Assembly: GCA_965657355.1 (NCBI GenBank) | Contig: CBFHOE010000006.1 | Coordinates: forward strand, 143,217 to 207,216 | Length of the DNA: 64,000 nucleotides | Reading direction: 5' to 3' | Source: Limisphaerales bacterium | Lineage (GTDB): Bacteria > Verrucomicrobiota > Verrucomicrobiia > Limisphaerales > JAJOIW01 | Part shown: positions 51,201 to 61,365 of the stretch, piece by piece | How positions within the stretch are numbered: the stretch's first letter is position 1 | Layout of the letters: each line of letters starts with the position of its first letter | Position numbers and translations under genes: made by a program | The notes under the pieces: model-generated | Told to the model about the DNA's origin: nothing | Database searches by the model: none | The model's input: the letters and a program-made list of their open reading frames with translations, nothing else

Positions 51201-51711
51201 AATCAAATCCATCGGCGAAGATTTCTGATGAGTCAGCCACGCCATCGCTATCTGAATCCACGATCTTCCGTATGACTTCTGTCTCAACAGCTAATTCCTC
51301 AACTTGGTCACCCAAGTGCTTTTTCAACATGTCCACGCGATCATTCACGTTTCGAATCGCCAGATCATCCTCGAGCCATTCCATGTAATTTCTGATATCT
51401 AAAACACTGGATCTATATCTGTAGGTCTCAGATGTATAAAACGTCCCATCGTTGTCTATCGTAAAAGCAACGACATTCCCGAGCATTGGTTCCGCAGCTA
51501 CCTGAGTGACATTGAATCCAGGAGTGACCTGGAAACGGCTAATCGCTCTTATTCCTTCATCTGATGGCCCTGCTGTCTCGGGGTTGGGCTTGCGAACATC
51601 CTTGTTTAAGGAAGTTTTTTTACCAAGTTCTGCGCCACTAGCCGACATGGTTACCAAAACCAAACACGTAAGCACTCCACGAACTGCCGCTTTTAGATCA
51701 TTTCTGCTCAT
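48232..51711 (-). CDS. PVC-type haem-binding CxxCH protein (beta-propeller dehydrogenase-like + HEAT repeats + cytochrome c)
   Basis: VAAEPML, GPDGRLYFSCGD, GLRNPQELAFD, HEAT-like helices, QCMRCH..VGPVLDGIG, SGMP..LRDLVEFLSSLK. Confidence 0.92.
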   Translation of the reverse strand: MSRNDLKAAVRGVLTCLVLVTMSASGAELGKKTSLNKDVRKPNPETAGPSDEGIRAISRFQVTPGFNVTQVAAEPMLGNVVAFTIDNDGTFYTSETYRYRSSVLDIRNYMEWLEDDLAIRNVNDRVDMLKKHLGDQVEELAVETEVIRKIVDSDSDGVADSSEIFADGFDSILDGIASGVLTHNDKVYFTNIPSVWVLEDRDNDGFAETRDEMSTGYGVRFSLTGHDLHGLIIGPDGRLYFSCGDRGASVLTKEGKLLDIPDEGGVFRCELDGSKLELFATGLRNPQELAFDEFGNLFTGDNDSDQGDRERLVYVMEGSDSGWRVGYQHNPLGSGGPWNRELLWRPHFDGRAAYCLPPITNIDNGPSGIVYNYGTGLPKEYDGAILVTHFNGTTSRSGITAYRVAPGGAGFSIVQDLDDKGREIYDHVVWNCLPTDVDFGPDGALYWTDWNSGWPKSNKGRIYRLAHEDELQNPIVAETSQLLRDGFEGRESKDLLQLLGHQNMKVRLEAQWELANRGRSELSSLREIAYNSKNLHARIHAIWATGQIARKTPHVLSDFLGLRASEEEEVKVQLARIIGDANYAIGRNVLIDLLSDTSSRVQSLAAISLGKLGENLSASKKISEIAIADAGSDPWLRHALSYGMSGTAKPEEILELTGPETSPALQMVGALALRMHESDLLSNYLDITKRDPLVVAEAARAINDLSIETATPSLAKTLDQAEKISSLAKVATPKDRKDLDRAFRNKVEPTISRGINAAFRIGSEETATDLSKIASNNKIRNRLRIQALNALKDWQLTGVTTVRRDRVVGTFRPIKDAEGKEISSRKPDHAIAALESIGEEVIASKNDKVIETMASAAKNLDAKSLSPLLSKVVLNSGFQGRTRAAALDALGTLGGADLFMALNYSLKASDDRLKEAALKLLPQINIVQAVKLLKETLNKGSVGEKQAAYQTLAFIDSEEAEALLLEGLDGIKSGELAKELQLDVLDAMSSSSKKSLTSAVKAYEKTLDAEDWKSTHSVTLVGGNAESGEKVFRENQTVQCMRCHMAGGSGGEVGPVLDGIGSKYSRMQILESIAAPNSVIADGYETVIVETLEGVFAGTIAEENDDVLIINTPDEGPVEIDKAMIDSRERGPSGMPGMLHLAISKKELRDLVEFLSSLK

Positions 51712-52152
51712 TAGACCTTCAAAATTACTAGATCCCTTCTTTCAAATCAAACCCACGTTTGCCCAATAAGAGGTAGACCCTTAGACAAATGTTCATTTTT
51801 TCATCGATAGCTCGGTTAAGGCGCAGAATTTTTAAACAATTTTGCATGAGCAATGTAATTTATTTTTAACATTTAATCTGTCAGAGACATTTCCAAGGCT
51901 AAGCTGCGCCATGCCTGATTTACCTTCGGGCGAATATACTCGTGAGCGCCGATGACCAATTCCAAAGCTCATTTTTCTGAATTATGCCAAAAATGACGAC
52001 AGTAGTTAATTGTGTGCCAAACACACGTAGTCCCTGTTGTTAACCTTTTCTTCCGATTTAACCCCTCTCTTATGGAATTGCATCCCATTGTTTAAACTGT
52101 TGTTCAAACCGAGCTCTTGACCCTTGGTTGGAAGAGTGCAGATAATGTTATC

Positions 52153-53100
52153 ATGTCCAACGACCGTTTTATGATCAAAACTAGACGCCATTTTTTATCC
52201 AAGATGGGAGCCTGCTCTCTGGGTTTTGCTTCCATGCCGTTTTTACCTGGGTCACTAAAATCGGCAGAACCCATTGTTCGACCAGGAAGCCCAAGGTTAA
52301 AGCCCAGTTTAGCGGCATATTCGTTCCGCGATCAGTTTAGCGGAAAAGGGGCTGGTCCGAAAATTTCAATGGTGGATTTCATCAGGTATTGTGCTCAGCT
52401 CGGACTATCCGGGGCTGAACTAACCAGTTACTACTTCGAAGACGATACCAAAGAGTATTTTTTAAACCTTAAAAAACATGCTTTTCTCCATGGCATAACT
52501 ATCAGTGGAACCGCAGTTGGTAATTCTTTCACCGAAGCCCCAGGAGCAAAAAGAACCCAACAAATTAAATCGGTCAAAGAGTGGATTAAAAGAGCCGCTT
52601 GGCTCGGAGCTCCACATATTCGCGTCTTTGCTGGAAATTTAAATGGCCAATCCATGAGCGAAGCAAAGAAAAATTGCATCGAAGCTCTCGAAGAATGCGG
52701 GGAATTGGCAGCACAGCATGGAATTTTTCTTGGTATTGAGAATCATGGTGGCATCGTCGCCAAGCCAGAAGATTTAGTTGATATTGTAAAAACGGTAAAA
52801 AATCCGTGGATAGGAATAAATCTGGATACTGGAAATTTCCATACGGAAGATCCATACAAAGCTATCGCAATGTGCGCTCCATGGGCAGTCAATGTTCAGC
52901 TCAAGGTTGAAATCAGACCGCAAGGCAAGGATATGGAAAAAACAGATATGCATAGAATTGTTAAAATTCTAAGAGACACAAACTACCAGGGCTGGGTTGT
53001 ACTTGAGCATGAAAAGGCTGAGAATCCATGGAAGGCCGTTCCCGGGTATTTTGATCAGCTCAATGAAGCTATTTCAGCCCAAACAATCTATAACAAATGA
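52153..53100 (+). CDS. Tat-exported sugar phosphate isomerase/epimerase (TIM barrel)
   Basis: TRRHFL signal; LAAYSFR, IENHGG, NLDTGNF, VVLEHE; start 52153 or 52171. Confidence 0.88.
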   Translation: MSNDRFMIKTRRHFLSKMGACSLGFASMPFLPGSLKSAEPIVRPGSPRLKPSLAAYSFRDQFSGKGAGPKISMVDFIRYCAQLGLSGAELTSYYFEDDTKEYFLNLKKHAFLHGITISGTAVGNSFTEAPGAKRTQQIKSVKEWIKRAAWLGAPHIRVFAGNLNGQSMSEAKKNCIEALEECGELAAQHGIFLGIENHGGIVAKPEDLVDIVKTVKNPWIGINLDTGNFHTEDPYKAIAMCAPWAVNVQLKVEIRPQGKDMEKTDMHRIVKILRDTNYQGWVVLEHEKAENPWKAVPGYFDQLNEAISAQTIYNK

Positions 53101-55463
53101 GGCGAACAAGGCCCGTCGCATCGTTTATATTAAAAATGAATGAAAACCGATTTAATACAAACTTTGCTCATGTATATAAATTGCTCACCATTCTCGTCGT
53201 TTTTGTTTCATTAATTTGCCCTAAAGATTCGCAAGCTGAATTTCAAAGAGGCGCCTTAGAAAAACTCGATCAGGCTATCAACAAAGCGATTGAGGAGAAG
53301 AAAGCTCCAGGTGGTGTTCTGTGGCTCGAATCCAATGGCATTGTCTATTCAAAGGCTTATGGCAATATGGCCAATTTGCCTGAACCAAAACCCGCTGCCA
53401 TAAACACAATCTATGACGCTGCTTCACTGACCAAACCTATTGTGACGACCTCTGCCATCTTAAAGTTGGTAGAAGAAGAAAAGCTTAAGATAGATGCGCC
53501 TGTTTCGAATTATCTTCCCGAGTTTTCGAAAATTGCTGGTTCAAAAATATCAATTAGGCACCTTCTCACTCACACTTCTGGGTTAAGACCTGGATTAAGT
53601 TTATCTACTGATTGGGCAGGGGAAGAAGATGCGTATAGATTGATCTGCTCAGAAAAATTAAAGGCTCAGCCAGGAGAAAGGTTTATCTACAGTGACATAA
53701 ATTTTATTCTCCTGGGAATACTCGTGCACAAAGTTTCTGGAACTTCACTTGACCAATACATTCAAGAGCATGTCTTTAATCCTTTGGGGATGAAGGATAG
53801 TGGCTTCAATCCTCCACGAAGCCTTCTTTCCAGAATCGCGCCAACGCAACATACAAAGACTGGAATGTTGCACGGAGTTGTTCACGACCCGACATCAAGG
53901 CGCATTGGAGGTGTAGCCGGCCATGCCGGACTATTTATCTCGGCTCAAGACCTCGCAAAGTTTTCCAGAATGATTCTTAACGAAGGGAGCTACAAAGGTG
54001 TAAAAATTTTTAAGCCGCAGACCATTGCATCATTAAAGACTGTTCATACAAGGGGACGGTTAGATAATTACAGATCATTAGGGTGGGATGTCGATACTGG
54101 CTACACCAGGCTCAGAGGCCAATTATTTCCTTTGGGAGGTATCGGCCATACAGGGTTTACAGGACCAAGTATCTGGATAGACTTTGCATCAAAATCTTTT
54201 GTCTTCTTCCTGACAAACAGCGTGCACCCCGACGGTAGTGGTAACGTCTTGGATCTCAGGGAGGACATTGGGACGCTGGCTGCATCTGCTTTGCCAGAAA
54301 AGATCAAACCGACTTCTCAGTTTTTTCCAAACAAAGTAAAAACGGGTTTGGATGTTCTTGTGATGCAAAACTTCAAGCCGCTCCACGGTAAAAGGGTTGG
54401 ATTGATTACCAATCATACAGGGCACGACGCCAATCGCATCTCAACTATAGAGCATTTTCTAAAATCTCCTAACGTAGATCTTGCTGCTTTATTCAGTCCG
54501 GAGCATGGAATTCGAGGCGATCTCGATTCTAAAATAAATGATCAGAAGGACAAAAAGAGCAAACTAAACGTTTTTAGTCTGTATGGCGAAACCCGCAAGC
54601 CGCTTCCCTCTCAGCTAGCCGGGCTCGATGTACTTGTTTTTGATATTCAGGACATTGGAACAAGATTTTACACATATATCTCTACAATGGGTCTTGCCAT
54701 GGAGGCCGCTGCCGAAAATGATCTCGAATTCCTCATTCTTGATCGACCCAATCCAATTGGCGGCGTCTCATACAGTGGCCCTTTACTGGAAGGCAAAACG
54801 GATTTTGTTGGTTTCCATAAGATACCCATTAGGCATGGAATGACTGTTGGCGAATTGGGCCTTCTGTTTCGATCAGAGCGTGAGGAACTAAAAATACTGA
54901 ATTTCGATGTGATAAAATGCCAAGGCTGGCAGCGTGGGATGATGTGGAGCGAAACGGGCCTGCCATGGACAAACCCTTCGCCCAACATGAGATCTTCCAC
55001 CCAGGCTCTTCTGTATCCGGGAGTCGGCGTCATTGAATTTGCCGATATTTCCGTGGGTAGAGGAACGGATACGCCCTTTGAAATAATAGGTGCTCCGTAT
55101 ATTCATGACCTTGAGTTGTCTCGAGAATTGAACAGACTCAAAATTAGTGGTCTGACAACGGAGCCCATTACATTTACTCCATCGGCGAGCAAGTTTAAGG
55201 GGGACTTGTGTAAGGGCGTGAGGTTTGTGATCACAGATAGAAATAAAGTTGATCTGAGTGCTCTGGGCCTTGCTTTAACTTCGACGATCTACAGACTCTA
55301 TCCAGACCAATTTGATCTCGCAAAAGTCAACCGCCTTTTAAAATCGGATTCCATCATCTCTTTAATCCGAAGTGGGGACAGCCTTCAAACCCTGATTGAT
55401 ATTTCAAAAATATCCATTCTGCCATTCGATACTCTGCGCAATAAACACCTTCTCTATCAATAA
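53097..55463 (+). CDS. Serine hydrolase (AmiE/beta-lactamase-like) fused to DUF1343/NamZ-type exo-muramidase
   Basis: ASLTK (SxxK), LLTHTSG, YSDINF, GHTGFTG; then GLITNHTG, FSPEHG, DIQDIGTRFYTY, PSPN, GRGTDTPFE. Confidence 0.9.
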   Translation: MRRTRPVASFILKMNENRFNTNFAHVYKLLTILVVFVSLICPKDSQAEFQRGALEKLDQAINKAIEEKKAPGGVLWLESNGIVYSKAYGNMANLPEPKPAAINTIYDAASLTKPIVTTSAILKLVEEEKLKIDAPVSNYLPEFSKIAGSKISIRHLLTHTSGLRPGLSLSTDWAGEEDAYRLICSEKLKAQPGERFIYSDINFILLGILVHKVSGTSLDQYIQEHVFNPLGMKDSGFNPPRSLLSRIAPTQHTKTGMLHGVVHDPTSRRIGGVAGHAGLFISAQDLAKFSRMILNEGSYKGVKIFKPQTIASLKTVHTRGRLDNYRSLGWDVDTGYTRLRGQLFPLGGIGHTGFTGPSIWIDFASKSFVFFLTNSVHPDGSGNVLDLREDIGTLAASALPEKIKPTSQFFPNKVKTGLDVLVMQNFKPLHGKRVGLITNHTGHDANRISTIEHFLKSPNVDLAALFSPEHGIRGDLDSKINDQKDKKSKLNVFSLYGETRKPLPSQLAGLDVLVFDIQDIGTRFYTYISTMGLAMEAAAENDLEFLILDRPNPIGGVSYSGPLLEGKTDFVGFHKIPIRHGMTVGELGLLFRSEREELKILNFDVIKCQGWQRGMMWSETGLPWTNPSPNMRSSTQALLYPGVGVIEFADISVGRGTDTPFEIIGAPYIHDLELSRELNRLKISGLTTEPITFTPSASKFKGDLCKGVRFVITDRNKVDLSALGLALTSTIYRLYPDQFDLAKVNRLLKSDSIISLIRSGDSLQTLIDISKISILPFDTLRNKHLLYQ

Positions 55464-55616
55464 ATTCTCAGGAAGCACGTGTTTAGCTTGAGGAGTTGAA
55501 TGATTATGTGCCTGACATAGGTCATTTTCCTCAAATTATACATCTACAGTAGAATTGGTTAAGGCACTCCAAACCGAAGACTTGTCAGTAGATCTGGGTG
55601 GGGTCATGATATTCGA

Positions 55617-56921
55617 ATGATCTGGGAAAAGAAAAGTGTCTCGGCAATTGTTTGCCGGATATTGATGGCTTTAGTAATTTTATGTGGCATGAGTGAAGAG
55701 GGGATGACGGCTAATTACGATGAATCAAAAGTTCCTGAATACGCCTTGCCAGAAATTTTGAAATCCCAAGACGGGGAAATCATTGATACTCCAGAAAAAT
55801 GGCAATCCAAAAGGCGGCCAGAAATCCTTAGGCTTTTTGAGACGCACGTCTATGGAAGGCAGCCAAAAGCATCTCCTATGGCTGCCTATGAGCAGATTCT
55901 CTATACTCCAGATGCCCTAAATGGTTTGGCTACCCTCAGGGAAATTAAAATCACCTTCCCCGAAAAGAAAAAATCACCCGAAATATACTTACTCTTGTGG
56001 ACGCCAAACAAAGGAAATACCCCTTACCCTGCTTTTATTGGCCTTAATTTCTCCGGAAACCAAGCCACCCACCCCGACCCCAGAATCAGGTTGTCTACCC
56101 AATGGATGCGTCCGTCAAGAGGTGGGGACGTCAAAGAAAACCAAGCTTTGGAATCATCACGCGGCGCGACCTCTACCCGCTGGCCCGTGGAGATGATTAT
56201 TAAAAGAGGATACGCCCTGGCAACTATCTACTGCGGAGACATCGACCCGGATTTTGATGATGGGTTTAAGAATGGTGTGCATGCCATGTTTCCTGGTTTT
56301 GGAACAAAAGATGGTGCGCGCTTACCCGATGCTTGGGGAACGATATCCGGGTGGTCATGGGGGCTTTCACGTGCAATGGACTATTTCGAAGGGGATGGCT
56401 CAATCGATCATAGTCGCGTCGCTGTTTTCGGTCACTCTCGTTTGGGCAAAACAGCTCTTTGGGCAGGCGCAACGGACCGGCGCTTTGCGATGGTGATATC
56501 AAACAACTCCGGTTGTGGGGGAGCCGCCCTCAATCGCCGCGCCTTTGGTGAAACCGTTCAGCGTATCAACACATCATTTCCTCATTGGTTTAATGATAAG
56601 TTTTTGGAGTATAATTCTAACGAGAATGCCATACCGGTAGACCAACATATGTTAATTGGACTCATTGCTCCAAGGCCTGTCTATGTAGCTAGTGCAGAAG
56701 AAGACAGGTGGGCCGACCCGAAAGGAGAGTGGCTTTCATTGAAGCATGCAGCCCCAGTTTACAAATTGCTGGGCAAAGATCCATTAGATCTTGCTACCCA
56801 GCCAGAAGTCGATAAACCTGTGCACAAAGACATGGGATATCACATACGCAGAGGGAAGCACGATATCAATTCTTTTGATTGGGCTCAGTATTTGAATTTT
56901 GCAGACCAACACTTAAAATAA
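55617..56921 (+). CDS. Glucuronoyl esterase-like protein (CE15)
   Basis: NYDESKVPEY, GHSRLGK (G-x-S-R-x-G-K), SGCGGA, DQHML..APRP, WADPKGE. Confidence 0.88.
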   Translation: MIWEKKSVSAIVCRILMALVILCGMSEEGMTANYDESKVPEYALPEILKSQDGEIIDTPEKWQSKRRPEILRLFETHVYGRQPKASPMAAYEQILYTPDALNGLATLREIKITFPEKKKSPEIYLLLWTPNKGNTPYPAFIGLNFSGNQATHPDPRIRLSTQWMRPSRGGDVKENQALESSRGATSTRWPVEMIIKRGYALATIYCGDIDPDFDDGFKNGVHAMFPGFGTKDGARLPDAWGTISGWSWGLSRAMDYFEGDGSIDHSRVAVFGHSRLGKTALWAGATDRRFAMVISNNSGCGGAALNRRAFGETVQRINTSFPHWFNDKFLEYNSNENAIPVDQHMLIGLIAPRPVYVASAEEDRWADPKGEWLSLKHAAPVYKLLGKDPLDLATQPEVDKPVHKDMGYHIRRGKHDINSFDWAQYLNFADQHLK

Positions 56922-56936
56922 TTTTACATACAACCG

Positions 56937-57449
56937 ATGGCCAGCCCAGAAACCGAGAACCAGGAATCATCTCCAATCAATATCCCAGTCGATTCTCCCG
57001 GGAGGAAAAGACTGCCCCCGCTTTTAAGAAAGTCTTGGTACAGCCTCAATCAGGCATTTAGAAGGCTATTGATAAATATCAAACTGACGCCAGATCAGTT
57101 TACCGTTCTGCGAACATTGACTGAATCAGAAGACATGGGGATGCCCCAATGCGAAATAAGTAGAAAAATGAGTAGTGACCCAAACACGATTGCTTCATTG
57201 GTCGAGCGCATGGAAAAACTCGAACTCATTACGCGAAAAAGGAACCCGCATGATAAGAGAGAGAAAATCATAAATATTACCTACCGGGGCAGAGACAGGT
57301 ATAACCAAGCCCGTGAGATCGCAATAGATTTACAAAGCCAGGTACTTCAATGTTTACCAGAAAGTCGGCGCGAATTATTTTTACAAGATTTAGAAACTAT
57401 TTCGAAGTCGTGCCAATCCGCTCTCGAAAGCGCAAAGTCCGAGGAGTGA
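56937..57449 (+). CDS. MarR family transcriptional regulator
   Basis: LTPDQFTVL..LVERMEK..DKREK..T..GR. Confidence 0.9.
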   Translation: MASPETENQESSPINIPVDSPGRKRLPPLLRKSWYSLNQAFRRLLINIKLTPDQFTVLRTLTESEDMGMPQCEISRKMSSDPNTIASLVERMEKLELITRKRNPHDKREKIINITYRGRDRYNQAREIAIDLQSQVLQCLPESRRELFLQDLETISKSCQSALESAKSEE

Positions 57450-57741
57450 AAAAAGAAATTTTAATGATGTTGGCTTTCATGATCCATGCGATGGCTGACT
57501 CCCTTTGTGCCAGCCTCCTCCCTGTCCTTGAACAAGCAAATAATGATTCATAGTTTTTAATTTTTATAATTCAAAACGGGTGAATAATGTTTGCCTCGGC
57601 TAATTAAATTTCTGCCCTGAAATCTGAGCGTTTGCGATATTGGGAATTTTCAAGATACGAAATGAATAGGGTCCAACAAATATGCTGAACCATAAAATGC
57701 TATACAGCCGCACCCAGTAGACTTTACCTTTAAAAGCAGAC

Positions 57742-59001
57742 ATGGATAAATTTGTCATAGATGGCGGTCAACCCATACATGGGACCGTTGAAATTAGCGG
57801 GGCAAAGAACTCAACTCTCCCGATGTTAGCGGCTTGCCTTCTCACTGAGGAGCCATGTGTCATCAAAAATGTCCCAAATCTTCAGGATGTGTCTTTCATG
57901 CTCGAAATTCTCGAATCTCTCGGGGCTAAAGTGACTCGAGATGAAGACAAAATTACAATTGAGAGTAAACATATTAATTCCTTTGGAGATTATGAATTAA
58001 TCAGAAAAATGCGTGGCAGCATTTGTATATTAGGCCCTCTGCTTGGACGCCTAGGTGAAGCCAAAGTATCTATGCCTGGTGGATGCGTTATTGGCACAAG
58101 ACCAATAGACCTCCATCTCAAAGGAATGAAAGCTTTGGGAACTCACATTGAAGTAGAGAGTGGTTACGTCAATGCCAAGGCGCTCAGACTCAAAGGGGCC
58201 AGAATGTTTTTAGGCGGCCGCTCTGGGCCCACCGTTTTAGGGACCATCAATGTCATGATGGCAGCTTCTCTCGCTGAAGGTGAGACCGTAATCGACTGTG
58301 CGGCCTGCGAACCCGAAGTCACAGATGTCGCCAACTTTTTAGTTTCCATGGGAGCCCGCATTTCAGGGATTGGGTCCCCGACTCTCGTCGTTAATGGTGT
58401 TGATAAACTTCACGGCGCCAGCCATACAGTCATCGCCGATCGAATTGAAGCAGCTACGTTTGCAATAGGCGCTGCTGTGACCCGCGGAGAAGTTTTTCTT
58501 AAAGGGGCAGATCCCACCCAGCTGGGTGCAGTGTTAGATAAATTGACAGAGGCAGGTTGCATTGTTGATCGTGAAAGTGATGGTTTCATGGTTAGGGAGG
58601 GGGACCATTACAGCAATGTGGATATCACCACTCAACCCCACCCCGGATTCCCTACGGACGTCCAGGCTCAAATGATGGTATTCATGTGCAAAATCCCTGG
58701 AATAAGTATTATCACGGAGCGAATTTTCGAATCTCGATTTATGCACGTTAACGAGTTAATTCGATTGGGAGCAGATATTAGTATCGAAGGCCCCAGCGCC
58801 ATTGTTAAAGGCGGAAAACCACTTAGCGGTGCTCCTGTTATGGCCAGCGACCTTAGGGCGTCCGCTGCTTTGGTGCTCGCAGGGCTCGCTGCCTCTGGAA
58901 CCACAGAAGTCCACCGCGTCTACCATATCGATCGTGGATACGAAAACATTGACCAAAAACTCAAAAATCTTGGAGCTCGAATAGAAAGGGTTCCTGCTTG
59001 A
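57742..59001 (+). CDS. murA: UDP-N-acetylglucosamine 1-carboxyvinyltransferase
   Basis: SGAKNS, PGGCVIGTRP, GFPTDVQ, DLRASA, HIDRGYE. Confidence 0.98.
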   Translation: MDKFVIDGGQPIHGTVEISGAKNSTLPMLAACLLTEEPCVIKNVPNLQDVSFMLEILESLGAKVTRDEDKITIESKHINSFGDYELIRKMRGSICILGPLLGRLGEAKVSMPGGCVIGTRPIDLHLKGMKALGTHIEVESGYVNAKALRLKGARMFLGGRSGPTVLGTINVMMAASLAEGETVIDCAACEPEVTDVANFLVSMGARISGIGSPTLVVNGVDKLHGASHTVIADRIEAATFAIGAAVTRGEVFLKGADPTQLGAVLDKLTEAGCIVDRESDGFMVREGDHYSNVDITTQPHPGFPTDVQAQMMVFMCKIPGISIITERIFESRFMHVNELIRLGADISIEGPSAIVKGGKPLSGAPVMASDLRASAALVLAGLAASGTTEVHRVYHIDRGYENIDQKLKNLGARIERVPA

Positions 59002-59051
59002 TTTGTTAACAGGAATCTCTGAGCATATAATTAAAGACGTAATCATCAGCC

Positions 59052-59591
59052 ATGGATATTATTTTTCAATGCACACACTGTGGTCAGGAACTTGAAGTAG
59101 ATAGCGGGGCAGCAGGAACGGTCTTCCCTTGCCCTTCCTGTCACAACGACATCGTTGTTCCATCCGAAGTGCCAGATGAGGAGGAGCAGAGTATAGGGCT
59201 TATTGAAGAGGAGCCAATGGTTGAGGGGGCACCTCCAAAAGCTGACCCGCCTGCTCCAGCAGTTCCTCTCCCAATTGAAGATACGGAAGAAGATTCAAAG
59301 CTTTCTGTTCCTTTCTCCAAAGAAAAAACCAAAGAGCTTATTGAGAAACCGCAAAAGCCACTTGAAGTTGCTGCTCGCGAAGATGAAAAAGTCTTCCGAA
59401 TAAAAACCATAAGACGGGCGGATTGTCTCGAATTAGATAAAGATACATTCGATGAAACTGTGTCGGATTTTATCCAAAAAGTGGGACAAGACCATATCAT
59501 CTCGATGCATCCTATAAATTATTCCACAGTTGATTCTGTAAGCCAAAAAGTTGTGAACGACTATGGAATTATGATTGTTTTCCGAGGTTAA
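59052..59591 (+). CDS. Hypothetical protein with an N-terminal zinc ribbon
   Basis: CTHC..CPSC then an acidic Pro-rich linker and a small C-domain. Confidence 0.75.
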   Translation: MDIIFQCTHCGQELEVDSGAAGTVFPCPSCHNDIVVPSEVPDEEEQSIGLIEEEPMVEGAPPKADPPAPAVPLPIEDTEEDSKLSVPFSKEKTKELIEKPQKPLEVAAREDEKVFRIKTIRRADCLELDKDTFDETVSDFIQKVGQDHIISMHPINYSTVDSVSQKVVNDYGIMIVFRG

Positions 59592-59781
59592 TCCATCTCG
59601 TATTCCAAATATCCGCGCTACCGCATAGCTAATACAGTGTCCAGACGGCAACAACTGGTTACTGGGCGTCCCGCCAGTTACGGTTGGTTCTACCATTATT
59701 CGCAGCCGAAAAACAAGTGGAGGAACAAAGCTTTGTTTCTAAATTAAATGTTATGTATTTGAATACCAGCAGAGGAATGCC

Positions 59782-61080
59782 TTAATCAGAGGAGTGAAGT
59801 GCTCGGCACTCTGAAAAAAGATTTAAGTATTTCTCGGCGACGATATCTATGTGGAATTTTGAGTCCAGTGCTTTGAGCCCATTTAATCCTTTGTCCTCAA
59901 GCTCCTGTTTTTGTGTCATAATTTTTGAGAGAGTTGTCGCAAGGTTGGTCGCCGTGTTTTCCCCGTAGCACCAACCTGCTTCATTCTCTGCAACTAGTTC
60001 TTCAAAGCCAGAAACAGAAGGCTGCAAACAGGGAACCCCGGATGACATCGCTTCTAATAAATAGAGCCCAAAAGCTTCAGAATAACGAGCTGGCACTGAA
60101 AATATACTAATCTTACTAAAAAACTTCTGCTTCTCCTCCTTGGATAAATTTGGGAAAAGACTCACACGATGGTCGAGTCCGGCATCCTTGAGTTTATGCA
60201 TTAACGAACCCACCAGCTTTTTATCACTTGGCCCACAGCTGCCACCGATGTGCAAATCAACATCCGGATTTGCTTCAGTTTCCATGAATTGGATATAAGC
60301 ATCGACCAGGATATCCAAACCCTTCTCCTTACACATTCTTGCGAAATAACCAATAGTGATTTTGTTGGAGGATTCTGATTTTTTGAAGCCATCAGGATTG
60401 AGCCCATTCGGGATGATCGAAATGCGATGATCTTCAAGTCCCATCCTCTGACTCATCTTTTCAGCGAAATATCGAGTGGGAGCGACAAATCGGTCGACAT
60501 GGCCACTTCGTTCTCTCAATATTTCCCAAGCTAATATTCTTTCTTTTTCCGGCAGTGCGTCCAAGAAGTCATCCTCTCCTTGAAGCATGCAAATGATTGG
60601 GACACGTAGTTTCTCTCTGAGTTCTTTTGCCATTCCCACAAGCATGGCATTTGAAAGACAGATAATGTCCGGATTTTCATGGGTCTTTAGGTAATCAACT
60701 AACTCGTTTAATTCTCTTTTTTGGTTCCCTTCTTCACCACGCAGCATGGATAAGGTCAAATCGCCAACCTGTTCTGGGCGTGTGGCAGCAGCTTTGCCCG
60801 CTGCTAGTTTCAAGAGCTTTCTAGAGCGCAAAAAACTGTGCATCCACTCCGGCATTTTTTGCATCCATGGAAATTTTTGTTCCAGATAAACACTTATCCC
60901 GCCAAAGAATATAGGTTTGTCCCCACTGAGATCTTCTTCGTCTAGTGTTAAAGGTAGATAAAGAGGCAGCATTAATCCTTGGTGACCTTTTTTTCTGAAC
61001 CTGGCTATCAAGGCATTGTCTCGTAGACAATTCCCGCAATACATCGCTCCAGCGCCAGGTGTCAGTTGAACAATATTCAT
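59782..61080 (-). CDS. Glycosyltransferase family 4
   Basis: GAGAMYCGNCLRD, KEKGLD, EAFGLYLLEAMSSGVP; start 61080. Confidence 0.9.
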   Translation of the reverse strand: MNIVQLTPGAGAMYCGNCLRDNALIARFRKKGHQGLMLPLYLPLTLDEEDLSGDKPIFFGGISVYLEQKFPWMQKMPEWMHSFLRSRKLLKLAAGKAAATRPEQVGDLTLSMLRGEEGNQKRELNELVDYLKTHENPDIICLSNAMLVGMAKELREKLRVPIICMLQGEDDFLDALPEKERILAWEILRERSGHVDRFVAPTRYFAEKMSQRMGLEDHRISIIPNGLNPDGFKKSESSNKITIGYFARMCKEKGLDILVDAYIQFMETEANPDVDLHIGGSCGPSDKKLVGSLMHKLKDAGLDHRVSLFPNLSKEEKQKFFSKISIFSVPARYSEAFGLYLLEAMSSGVPCLQPSVSGFEELVAENEAGWCYGENTATNLATTLSKIMTQKQELEDKGLNGLKALDSKFHIDIVAEKYLNLFSECRALHSSD

Positions 61081-61202
61081 CCTTTGAGGAGAAATATACA
61101 TAAAAACGGGGCAATTGCATACATAAGGTCTATCCTGATTTGTGCCTACCCCAGTTTAGAAAAAATGATAAGCAATACACAATATGGACGGCGAACCAGG
61201 TT

Positions 61203-61365
61203 TAAAAAAGAGAAGCAGGCGGATAGATGCTGATCAATTCATCTATCGCCTGCTAATCTACCTTTAACACGTGAAGACAACCACTGCAGCTCGCTTCTTT
61301 TCACACTCCACATCAGACACACCCATGAGCAGCTCACACACTGTCGTTGATCTTCAAGGTAGATG
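61203..61365 (-). ncRNA. Candidate structured sRNA or leader ending in an intrinsic terminator
   Basis: Minus strand AUCUACCUU/AAGGUAGAU and UGAAGA(U)CAAC/GUUGUCUUCA long stem, then AGCAGGCGAUAGAUG..CAUCUAUCCGCCUGCU-UCUCUUUUUU. Confidence 0.4.
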
